This document shows, one piece after another, positions 26,301 to 38,525 of a DNA stretch of 64,000 nt. The notes beneath the pieces are model-generated. The model ran no database searches. It was not told where the DNA came from and saw only the letters and a list, made by a program, of their open reading frames with translations. The stretch is from assembly GCA_003344405.1 (NCBI GenBank), contig NOWV01000161.1, forward strand, positions 62,001-126,000, read 5' to 3'. Origin of the DNA: Trichoplax sp. H2. Its lineage: Eukaryota. The position numbers were made by a program, and so were the translations under genes. Position 1 is the first letter of the stretch; each line of letters opens with the position of its first letter.

Positions 26301-29300
26301 TTATTACTGTTCCTATTCTAAGAGTATTCTAGACTTTATCATCAGGACTACTGTAATATGGTTAACTTTTGCTATGATACAATTGCTAATTCTTCCTTAT
26401 CACATTCATATCAATATTCTAGACTATAACTTGATAACTATTTAAGATTTAATTATTTTAACAAGCTCAATTACCAATGACTTACAGTGTAATTAGCGTA
26501 ATTGTTGTATTGAATAGTGAAAGAGTTAATCTTGACTCTAGCGCTATTAACAGGCTGTGAAATAGAAGCATATACATATTAGAATGATGCATGAAAGAAC
26601 TGGTTTACTGTACGTGGTAACATATTTGATTATACTATAATTAATATTAATGATTTACGTACCTGATAAAATGTAATATTATTGCTAACTTTCAATCGTC
26701 TGGTTCCATCGTCAGCAGTTTGAATAGTATTATTAATTGTAGTCTGTGTGGAAAATATGAAGACAGCATTAATCATCTGGGAACGCATAGATAAAAAGAA
26801 CGGAGATCTTAATTTATTATATCTTAATATACCATTGATGTTTGTGAGATCGATTTCAGAGCTGTCAAATTAGCATTTAGTTGATTCTGCAAAAATTGAA
26901 TCCATTAAATATATTGGAATTTTATGATAATAGTAAATACTGATAATAAAATTACTAGTATTAAAATAATTAGCCATGCAATCTAGTTAATAATTAGAAG
27001 GATTACCTTATCTGGGATAATTTGGCTTTTAATTTTTGCGTCCATTGCTCGAAAGCTAGCAACGGCAAGATCGTATGGCTTTCTATTATTAAGCTAATAT
27101 AAGCAATGAAAGCCATCAGAATTTTTGTTACTTTATCAATTAAACATTGCTTATACGTTATACCTCAATAAATCAATTAGGGAGTTACATGTATTAGCTT
27201 ACCGGGACAGTAGTAAATGATTTGAGATAATCTTCTAGCTGTTGAGCTAATTGTAGCAAATCAACACCATTGGTCATTGGCTGCTGTAGCTGTTGCCATC
27301 GAAAATGAGACCGATCGTTAGATTAAACGTTATTAAAATTTATGTTGAATGCATATTCTCGACAATTAAGTAGGTGTTAGGATACTTACCACGTTTGAAA
27401 ATGATGCATAATTGATCATTTGTGTATCAATACGATAGCGTTGTAAGCTGCTACGAAGATTAGCTGGCATAACATTGACATTATTGACAAAGTCTACAGT
27501 TTTATTTAATTGGCCATTAAGAGACTTAATTTTCTAATCAAAGTCAAATTGGAAATAATGAATTACATCAGCACAAATGTGAAAACCCTTTCATCATCTA
27601 TCAGCCCATATTGCATTACATCATTGCTACTTACTGCTTGTAAAGTATCAAAAGCTACAGACCAATTATAGTAATCAACGATAGGCTGAAATGTCCTATA
27701 AAGTGAGCTGTTATGTTGGCAGTTCCTGTTATTAAAAATAAAGCATAAAGAATATTACATGCTTGCTCATAACAGATAGAGAGTAAGGATATTCAATAAT
27801 GGAATCAGGTATTAACTATTTCTGACTAGTCAATCAAGCATAGCTATAAAACGATTTTCAGTAGCCAAATAAAAACAAATCAAGATTGCTAATATTGCTC
27901 CCTAGAGATTGGAATCAATTTCATTCCAACTCTTAGATATGTAAAATTAAATCAAACAGACCTGACAATGGATGAAAATTTAACTGGTGCATTGCCATCT
28001 TTTAGCCATAAAACTCCCAATGGATATTCGCCATACGCAGTCTTATTATCAATAGTCTAGGATTCCATAGGAGAGCAATAGAATGATGGTTAGCTAGTAG
28101 AAGTAGTTTAGAATTGTGTTATATGTCTATAGCTTGAAATTAAATTATGGAACCTTCTCGAACGCTTCCAGAGAGACAATTCGTGGACAAATTAAGGCTG
28201 CATTAGAACCAGCAAATAACATGATAGCGGAAATGATGAAGAAGAAAAATCCCAAAATGATCAAGATGGATGCAGCTCTAGAATGTGCAAAATAGCATGT
28301 CAAAAAGTTAAGGTTAGAACTTAATAACCCTGGCGATAAAGAAGTTCGTTAGAATTTATTATAAATTATTAGATTCAATGTTTAAATAATTAACCATTAT
28401 ATTCAATGCTATATCTAAAGCTTAAAGTTTTATATAAGAGTATAAGAAAATAACATCATCGATTCCTTACGCCATTAACATATGTCCACCAGCATTGGAA
28501 GTTCGAGTTCTATTTCGTGAATCAACTCCTTTTTTATAACCAATGCAGCCTAATAGTACACCAATGTAGAGGAAGAGGGAGACAAGAATGATCACGGCTC
28601 CAAAGAAGATGAAAAAAATCATGCTAGAAATGCCAAAATTGACAAACATGAATAAATTTACGGGCTCTCATGTTTAGTACTTTATACAAATTCTATGTAT
28701 ATTAAAATTTTCTTTTAACTTACGAAGCATGATAAATACTAGTGGCAACACCATTAGGACCAATAGCTTCAATAACGTCTTTCTGAGTATCTTGGCTTAA
28801 TAGTGGATTAAACGTCTACACAAATCACGTAAAATGTTTTAATTGTTTAGCAGCATGGTTAAATTATTCTAAAAACAGCAATCATCTCAAATATATTATC
28901 TATAATTTAGCCTTCGTTCGATAGTGGCCCACTATTTATGAATAATAATCAGTTCAACTATATGCTCTATAATTTAGCATTAACTGGATATGAACTACTT
29001 TAATCATATAGTAATCATCTCAATAAATATTCTTCTATTTTATCTTTGCCATATTATCCATTCGATAGTGAACTACTTTTAGATAGACTTGACTTATAAA
29101 TATTTTGTCATTTAGCAATTGGTTAACAGCGAGCAACTGCTTATAAATGACACTCAACTAAAATACTGAACTTACATCATCGGTTATTTGAACAAAAAAG
29201 TTATATTGATTGGTAAAAGCTATTCTGGCGGTAGTAATCGCTTGATTAGCAACTGTAGAAAAGAAAGATCATGTTTAAAGTTATTTATGCATCGGATTTG

Positions 29301-32300
29301 GTTAAAAAATTCTAGTTGAATATTTACTAAATGCAGATAAATTAAGAGATACTTTGCAAAATAATTTCATTGTCATCGTAGCTTATAGTTAGTACAGATT
29401 CGGGTAGAATTATGAAGTAGATATGGTGGCTGTTTGACATTTTTAGACGGTCAATCGCGTAAAACAATTACTCGTATCATTTCTTACCTTGCTTAGTGTT
29501 AGTCATGGCAGAAGAAACTGAAGTTGTGACTAGATTGCAACCCTAAATTAATACCGTGAAGAAAGAATGGCATGAGTAAAAATGGCATAACTATAAAATA
29601 TTTTCCCAACCTATCTTACCTGAGCTGCTAGCGTTGCTAGTTTAGCAGCAATGAGTTGATCAATATCATTTTTTATATTGGTTAAATCTTGCATCTAGAA
29701 ATGAATGCAATTAAATGATTTATCGTGGAAACGTCTACATAAGATAGAACGCATCGTTCGCTTTAAAGTATACCTGAGAGAAATCTGCTGAAAATTGAGC
29801 TGTGTTAACATTGATTGTAAAATTAGAACAAGCATTGCCGCAAAATACGATAGAATTGGTAATGTTGGTTCTTGCATCCGCTAAGGTCTTGCTAATTTCT
29901 TGCTGTAAGCTGATCAATCGATTTCTTTGATGCATGATATTTCGTATGTCTGAACTAGTTTGGGCCATATCTAAAGGATTGGCACAATCATTTAAGAATT
30001 CAAGAAGCAAAGCGCGGCAATTTATAACGTGTTTTTGTCGATATTTATCATGATATACATCTTCCTATCTAGATCAATTAATTCAATAAATATACTACTG
30101 TTATTTATTTCCCCTTTTTTGTAGATAATTATCATGCTATACACTTTCCTATTTTGATTACTTAATTCAAGAAATGTACTAAAATTATTTACTCCACATT
30201 TTGGTAGGTATTCTTATGATCTCTGCGCGTACTAGAGTTATTACATGATTTGGTAGATATTTATCATCATCTATACTAACGTTATTTCACATTTTGCTAA
30301 ATATTTATCATCATCTATACCACAGTTATTTGACGTTTTGATAGATATTTATCATCATCTATACTAAAGTTATTCCACGTTTTAGTAGATATTTATCATG
30401 ATATACAGCGTCCTAACTCGATCATTTTCTAATCTACTTACTAATTTGAATATTCTTAACGTTATTGACAATGGTTTGTTCGTTAGAATGGCAAACAAAA
30501 TCGTTAATACTTGTAGGCAATCCTATAGATTTGATCCAATGTAATAGTAATAGTAAAATAGTTTTAAAAATAAAGAAAGCGAGTCATTTAGATGCTAGAA
30601 CGGCTATTTGTAAGCGCGTACTATCAGCTGTATTACAAGTTAATCAATTAAATCTATATACCATTAACTCTGACAGAGACTTGATCCAGCATGAAATTCG
30701 ATTTAGTAACCACAATGTCTTGAATTTGCTATATTGTAAAATATTCAATTTGTATAGTAAACCAATTAAATAAGCGGATTAGCATATGAAATGATAGAAT
30801 CAATTCTCTAATACTATATTCACATGATAGGCAATTGTAGGCTAAATTTTGAAAGCGATATTACAAATGAGCGTCAATAATGTGCGGTAATTACTAAAAT
30901 AGATGATGACAATTTTAGCGCCAAATAGATAGAACAGCAACATCCATAAATATCATCTGTCTCTACCTATACTAAATTTGCGGCATAAAATTGACATTAC
31001 TGTAGTGATTGAAATCGTTGCCAGGTCATATGGCATTCTATCGAGTAAATCACTCTTATATCACTGGAATAATCAGTCAATTCTACTAACATTTTTTCCT
31101 TTATCGACAAAACTTTGTACATCTGTTCTTGCTTTTTGAACTGTTGGTAGACCAGTGCTATAAGCATAGAGCAATTCGCTAACAGCAAAGATGGAGCAAA
31201 TCCCTCCGGCTCTGGCAAAGGAAATCGGAAAAGAATTTAGTATCAGACAACTTGTTTATAGCATTTTGTTTTAATGGCTTTAATGTAGGAATTAGAAAAA
31301 GCTAAAAAAAATTCTATCGCTAGCTATGAGCCACTGGCAGTTTTGGTTAGACGTTAATATATAGGAAGTTTTATATACCAGTAGAATAAAAATAGATGGG
31401 GCAATAGATCAGCTTATTAGTCTTGAACTGCTCAATGTAATTATTTAACATCGATAGCAAAGATAGATCGAATGAGTGCATCAGAGATTGCGATTTATCA
31501 AATGGGAAAATAAGAGAAACTTGATATAGAGTCAGGTGTTTGCAGAAGAAAATAATTCAAAAAAAAGACCAAGTGTCTATCTAATATCTTATTGCAACAG
31601 TCAGTCAGAAACCAACAGTTCTTTCGAAATGACTATGAACAAGATCCTTGAATGCGTCTTGTACAAATGGGATCATCATGGTAAAGAGGTATTTAGCTTA
31701 CTCTGCATGGTTAAGAATTAGGGGGTAAAAGGAGAAATGAATAAACTGATGCAGATGGAATAAATAGAGATGATAATAAGTTACTTTATTAAGGAAGAAT
31801 CTAGGAATAAGAACAGTAGAAGAATAAGCTGTATTGGTTAGAAAATGAACTACTATTTGCTTGATATCCTCATTCAACAGTCAGGAAGAAACAAGCAGTC
31901 CCTTGGATATGGCTGAGAACGATATCCTCATTACGAGTTTCTACCCATCACAAGTAAAAGGGAAGATGGAAATGACATTCATTTACTTACAAGATGAAGG
32001 TAGCAAATATAACCAACCAAAAGGAATAACAAAAACGCGTATATCTTTCAGTTTTAGGGGGTCTTTGAACCAATTCGCCACCACAATTTCCTTGACATCG
32101 GCAAATACAGAAAATGAGGCCGACAATTGGCAAAACGATACCGATGATTATTCCTAGAATGGCCATAGCCCAAAATGGTGCCTCGTATTCTGCAGCCTAG
32201 TGCATAGAAAACAATTTGCATTAATTCATTTTACATCACTTGGAATTTTCCTTCATCGACTACATTTATATCCGTTGCCTTGACTGGAGATTGAATGCAA

Positions 32301-34358
32301 TAAGTTATACAAGGATACTTTCTTTGCTTACCTGAGCTACTAATAAAGTAATAGTATCGCGGTTAAAGGTAAAACCAGTAGCACTACCAGTGGAAGGAAT
32401 AACTTTGGCACCTTTCAGGACGCTGTTGATTTGAGCTAATCATTAAGAATCAAGATTGAAAGAATGTTTAAAAGCGAAACGTTAAACATGGATTCAGTTC
32501 TAGTGATGATGAATAATTATAATAAAGTTTTTTTCGTTAGATTATAAAGTAGCTGATGATGGATTAAGAAGAAGGAAGATAGATCTTTGATATAGTTTAA
32601 AGGAAGAGGTAGTCAAGAAAGTTGTTCTTTAATACTATTATCTAATTAAAAACAAAAACAAAAGGTAGCCATAGAAAGTCTAACTGAATTACTCTTCTAT
32701 CCTTCACTTTTAGATAGTAAATTGATTGAAAGTGATATTTTATCAATTTTAATAATAACTTGTCCTTCGAATCAATATTGAAAGTAAAATGGCTTCATTT
32801 TCAATTTGAGTTCAAGTAATGTTCAACAGCTCCAGCTGGTAAATTAGAGTAATTTAAAATATTTATACTTAAATTCTTTCCTAAACATTAAGAGTAATTG
32901 TACAAAAATCAGCTTCGGATGATCACAACATAGTCGTCATTGCTTGAAAATTATTTATAATTTGCTACTACTCCGTTGGTTAAGACGCGTAAACTACTCT
33001 TCTTCAATATCAGATTATCGATAAAATAAAACTATCCATCTCTTTCTACCATATCGTTGTCATATTGAAATTTTAAACGCAGTAGTCTTTCCCATTTACG
33101 AGCTACATTTTTCTTTAATTGACATTGACTAATTGACTATTCTTTCTCCCTGTCGAGTTATCAATAAACAAAAACATCCATCTTCCTCTACAATATCACT
33201 GATATCTTACAATTTTAAAAACGGACGGGTTCGGTACTTTTATCGAGCTACAGTATTCCTACTTGAACTCTTTCCTAAAGGTTAAAACTACGTTCCAAAA
33301 AAAATCAGCTTGAGAACACTGCGCTAGCATCTCGTTGTAATGACTTGAAGAATCTCCACCATGGAGTACTACTCCATTGACTAATTGACTACAGTGCTCG
33401 TCCTCCCTTTCAATAAAGTAAAATAAAATGTCCATCTTCATGGACGATATCATATTGCAATTTTTAACGCGTAGTTTTCCTTATTTCCGCGCTACACTAT
33501 TCCTACTTAAACTCTTTCCTAAACGTTAAAACTGCTTATCCCAAAAATTAGCTTTAGAACATTGTACTAACATTTCATTGTAATCACTGAAAGAATCTCG
33601 ATGGGCTAATTGGCCATAGTACTTATCCCTCCAAGTTATCAATAAAATAAAATAATATCTTCATGGACGATATTGCTGTCATATTACAATTTTAAACGCG
33701 CAGTTTTCCCTATTTCCTAGCTACAGTATTCCTACTTAAACTCTTTCCTAAACGTTAAAATTACGTAGCAAAAAATCAGCTGGAGAACACTGTACTGTAC
33801 TATGTCATACTCTAACTTAAGAATCGCCATAGACTAATCAACTAAGGTATAGTACTCATCCTCCGTATCAAGTTAGCAATAAAATAAAATATTCTTCTCC
33901 CTTGAAGATATCACTGATATGTTACAATTTTAAAGTCAGTAACGTTTTTCCTATTTCCGCAGTCTTTGTTAGAAAGAAAGCCGAAAGTGATTATCCAACA
34001 TTTTCCTCTATGTAAAACTCAATTATCGCCATTATTTTTTTCTATTAAGAGAGAGATTGTTCTTAGCTATCATTAGAATCGATTGTATCAAGCACTTACC
34101 GTAAGGTAAATCGTTAGGTTGAAGAAAGAAAATGAAATCTTTGACCATTTTATAAAGATAGACGGTAACGACTTCCACTATAGGTGTAGTATCAGGATTA
34201 CTTTGAGGAGTTGGCATTGTTGGCAATTCTGCCCAAACGATTACACCATTCGGTTGGATATAATTTTGTGTCTGAGCTTGAACGACATAGTTGTAGGTAG
34301 AAGAGAGAAGTAGAAAGTACAAGACACCTGAGATAGCCTTAGAAAGATTAACAGCCAT
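23368..34358 (-). CDS. Prominin-family pentaspan glycoprotein, paralog A, with very long C-terminal tail
   Basis: Signal peptide MAVNLSKAISGVLYFLLL. TM1 is followed by the Cys-rich FCICRCQGNCGG, and TM3/4 by RTRTSNAGGHMLMA. TM5 reads NSYWFSIG...IPVIIMAIKFAKFLRIM. Four further exons (~25515-25561, ~25274-25318, 24403-24953, 23368-24272) splice on in phase. Confidence 0.9.
23395..23600 (-). repeat. Coding 36-bp minisatellite (12-aa PQPVRIMQQQTT-type repeat, ~5-6 copies)
   Basis: Repeating + strand unit of the type TGTTGCATAATTCGAACTGGTTGAGGTCTGGTTTGC. Protein reads QQTTPQPVRIMQ QQTRPQPVRIMQ QQTTPQPVQVLR QHATPQPVQVMQ. Confidence 0.9.
30237..30412. repeat. 44-bp minisatellite, 4 copies, in a prominin A intron
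   Basis: GTTATT....TTTTG.TAGATATTTATCATCATCTATAC units start at 30237, 30281, 30325 and 30369. Degenerate relatives lie near 30030 and 30183. Confidence 0.9.
32860..33960. repeat. Degenerate tandem array (~230-245-bp unit, 4-5 copies) in prominin A intron 1
   Basis: Anchor CCTACTT(A/G)AACTCTTTCCTAAA.GTTAAAA at ~33258, 33502 and 33732, degenerate at ~32865. A second anchor CAATAAA.TAAAAT recurs at ~33162, 33411, 33640 and 33877. Confidence 0.85.
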
Positions 34359-35199
34359 GATTGAACAGCGTTAGAAAATGTGATCGGAGAAAGAATAGAC
34401 GAAGAGAAAATGATTAATCTTGTTGGCAAAAGAAGAAGCAAATTGTCAATGTCAAAAAAGAGAACTTTATCCAAGTGGAGATCAAGGCACAGTTGGTAAA
34501 ATTTGTCTATCGCTTGTTAATGATTTTTTGCTTAGCAGTCTGTTATCCAAAACGTGTTAATCTTTCTTCTTTTGGATCTTCTTCCTGTCGAAGGATAAAT
34601 TGATGTTGATATCAAGATAATATTCTATCTCGATATTTTCCTTTTTTCACCAACTGCTTACCCTCGGCCAGGGCTATCAATTACATCGATGAAAGCAAGT
34701 CCTTCTCTCTTATTCTGTGTTTATTTTCTTTGGCGTGATCTTAGCAACGCCTCCTGCATGCATTTTTCTCTCAACTCGTTGAATAAAATGAACTCATTAC
34801 TATGGTAACTTATCAATGACGATATCACCATTAAGTCGCTAATCTGTTGCAATTATTCTAGCATCAATCGATTAGGGTATGAAGGACAATGTAAAGGCCA
34901 TGAGTAAAGCCTCCTTTCCAATTGATCCTTATTTGCTTTTTATTGTCCATTAAATCAATCAATGGACGCTTATGATTGGATTGTTATTTTAATATGAAAA
35001 TAGACCAAAATAAATGGCTGCCCATTTTAACTCCTTTTAACCAATCCAATCGTCGCATTGGATATTGAAATTGGATGATTCCATGCTATTCTATCGGGGA
35101 TTTTAGCGATTGATGGTAGGTAAGAGCTAAGATGAGCCGATGTCAATGTGATTTATCCTCCTATCGGCTCTTTTTTCCCCTCAATAAAAACATTCCACA

Positions 35200-36995
35200 T
35201 GAGTGATCATCATGGAAACTCGATAAAGTATCACGGAGAGGAAACTGGAAAAAGCAATATGTCCACTGCTTGTAGTATTCTTTGTACAAAGTCAATTCAT
35301 TCCTCTTCTCCGTGTAAAACTATATCTATAATTATAATTCATGCAAGATGTTTAAAGTATCTTGGAGACATTACTCTTATCGGAGGAGATTTATTACTCT
35401 TCTTCTCCAAACACGCGTAAAACTGCATCTGCAATGAAATAGAAAGTTCTATCATAGACTTTACTTACTCGTCTAGGCAGGTATAAACTGTCTCTAAGAC
35501 GTTATACGTAATCTTCTCATATGCACTATTTGTACTTTTCCCAGAAGACATTTACTATTCTTCTTCTCCAAGTAAAATTGCATATGCAATAAAACAGAGA
35601 GTTCTATCATCGACTTCTTTTACTCGTCTTGAGAGATATAAACTATCTCCGAGATTTTATACATGCTTAATCCATGGCACTATTTATAGTATTCTCTACA
35701 AGAAGTTCATTTATTCTTCTTCAGATTAAACTATAAGAGTGGCAATAATACGAGTAAAATAACCTCCAAGATGTACGTACCTCGGAGAGGAAATAGGTAA
35801 TGTTATATGCATTAGTTATACATCGTATTCTCTATAATAGTTCAATTTACCTTCTCCTCCAAGTAAAATTACATCATTTATAATAATAGAGCAACCCTTA
35901 TATAGTACCGTAAATACGAGGTCCATGCACTCTTCTTCTCCAAGTAAAAATTACGTTATCTGCAGTAATAGAATAGAATAGTATAACTTTGATAAAGTAC
36001 CCCGGACAGGGAATATGCGAACTTATATCTGTTACTATTAGTATTCTCTACAAGACTTCGATTTATTCTTCTTCTCCAGCTCAAACCACATCGGTAATAA
36101 TTACATTATAACAACCTCTATAGGGTACCTCGGATAAGAAATACTTATATGTATTATTTACTGCATTCTCTACAGCAGCTGGATTTACTCTTCTCCAGGT
36201 AAAACTACACCATTCAAAATAATGAAACAACCTGTATAAAGTACTACGGATAGCAAATACGCAATCTTGTGTGCATTACTTGTAGCATTCTCTACAAGAG
36301 ATCAATTTATTCTTCTTCTCCTGCTTACATCACATCAGTAATAATTATTTTAATACAATAACCTCGTTATGGTACCTCGGATAGGGAATACGTAATCTTA
36401 TGTTCGGTATTCTCCGCAGGATGTCAATTTATTCTTCCACGGGTAAAACTACGCCTTTCATAATACTAGAATAACCTCTAGAATTAACCTCGGATAGGGA
36501 ATACTTAATTGTATATGTATTACTTGTAGCATTCTCTACAAGTAGTCAATTTATTCTTCTTGTCCAGCTCAAACTTTATCAGTAATAACAATTATAATGC
36601 AACCTCTATATTAGGTACCTTGGATAGGAAATAAGTGATCTTATTCTCTACAGGTAAAAACTACATCATTCATAAATAATAATACAACAACCTGTATATA
36701 GTGTCTCGGACAAGGGATATAGAATCTCATGTTCATTACTTATAGTATAACTATAAGAAGTCAATTTATCCTTCTCCAGGTAAATCTACATCATTTATAA
36801 TAATAGAATAACCTCTATATAGTACTTCGGATAGGGAATACGTAATCTTACGAGTATTACTTGTGGTATTCTCCGCTGGAGGTCAATACACTTTTCTACT
36901 CCAGGTAAAAACACATCAGTAACAGTAATAGAATACGTCGTAGAAAATCTTCTATGAAACATCTCGGATAGAGAATACGTAATCTCATGTGTACT
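35200..36995. repeat. Degenerate satellite-like array (~115-130-bp unit, ~13-14 copies) upstream of prominin A
   Basis: Anchor GTACCTCGGATAGGGAATAC variants at ~35777, 35997, 36125, 36241, 36372, 36487, 36615, 36702, 36822 and 36961. TTCTCTACAAG and TTCTTCTCCAG recur with the same period. Confidence 0.9.
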
Positions 36996-37979
36996 ATTTT
37001 TAATGGACCCATAAAAGAGGCCTTATAGAATTAATTGTTAATGCAGTCAATCAATTGAATAATAAAAGTGTCAATTATCCAACATCCATTATATTGAATC
37101 ATTTTTGATTGGCATGTCTATTTATAATAATATTACTCTTATTCAATGACATCATTGCATCTTGATCATCATTATGAAGGTTTAGACTATGAATTTATTC
37201 TATTTCTCTGATATATACAAATCGATATCTTACTGAAGGCAAAAAACTGTCGATATGATTGATTAACATCTCATTTGCATCATCCATTCTTCCTACCACC
37301 TCATCTCCATAGAATTAACTAAAGTATGTCTAGGACTTTAGGTATTGTATAAAATAATTTACCATATTTGGTTATTATTGTACCCATTAAATAGCTTTTG
37401 TTGCAAAGGCATCGGTAATCGATTTTAAATATATCCTAATGACGTAGTGGTTATAAGGCAAAACGATGCTCTAAGTAGATAGGTCTGGTTTGCTACTACT
37501 AATACTAGTACCAACTAGTCGTTGCAGCTAGAATGATAGGCAAAACAGTCTGGATGGGCTATAGGTATGCATATTGAACTATTATAGTATAGGTATGATC
37601 ATGACCTTTACGATGGATGGGAAAGAGAACAGATGATATTGATTGTAAATGGTATCAGTATGCTTGTAAATAGGTTGCAAGCATATTCTCACCGAGTACT
37701 GCTATAGATGTGGCCATGATAGTATTTATGAGCTAGCTATGCCGGCTGTGATGATACACAAGAGAGTATACAAGTCTTTCCGCGCTAAAATCACTCATTT
37801 CGCCTTATAGCTGTATGGGAATTAAACTACCTTGGCTCAATTGGTATAGGTAATCCATTAATTCTATAGAGATATGATTACCTTAAATGATGCAAAACTC
37901 TGTTCTCTCAGTCGCTGCTACTATATTATCTAGTGTCTGGTGTTTATAAGGGACACGTAAAAATAAATCACAGGAATAA

Positions 37980-38525
37980 GGTTTGCATGCTTGATTATAT
38001 ATACATACTCGTATGTATATAAGCCTATTAAATATAATATAATAGCTAAATGTCATATCGATCATATAAATTGACTTTATTGACTATTAATGTAGGAATA
38101 GAATCACAGCAATGATGATATGCAAGATGGCATATACAATATTTAATCACACCTAAGCAGTACGTGAATATAAGGCATTCATGCTTGATTATAGCTGAAT
38201 CCCATCTCGATCAGATAAATTGACACCATTGACTATTATTGCAGGAATAAAATTACGGTGATGACGATATGTACTTGAGCTTATAGAGTAGATTTTAATC
38301 ATACCTAAACAATACACAGATACGAAGCTTTCATACTTGATTATAGCTGTATCATATCTCGATCAAACAAATTGATACTATTGACTATTATTGCAGCAAT
38401 GAAATCACAACTATGATAGTATTTACGAGAGCACATACAAGAGATTTAAATATGCCTAAGTGAAATACGGGCGTAAGATGTCAAGGCTTAATTGTAGCTG
38501 AATGTCATTTCCATCAGAGAAATTA
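37980..38525. repeat. Degenerate tandem array (~150-bp unit, 3+ copies)
   Basis: CTTGATTATAGCTG at ~38184 and 38336, degenerate at ~38487. AAATTGA...ATTGACTATTA.TG.AG.AAT at ~38068, 38217 and 38369. Confidence 0.8.

Noticed and set aside
27372-27390. GTATCCT on the minus strand in prominin A as a U12 donor
   Set aside because: It is embedded in a canonical GTAAGT U2 donor (GTAAGTATCCT) that gives the expected exon end.
28880-29160. Faint ~65-140-bp periodicity in a prominin A intron
   Set aside because: Too degenerate and AT-rich to define a unit reliably by eye.
32040-32070. Apparent frameshift in prominin A exon 3
   Set aside because: Recounting the G5 run keeps the frame (VQRPPKTERYTRFCYSFWLVIF), so this is not a pseudogene.
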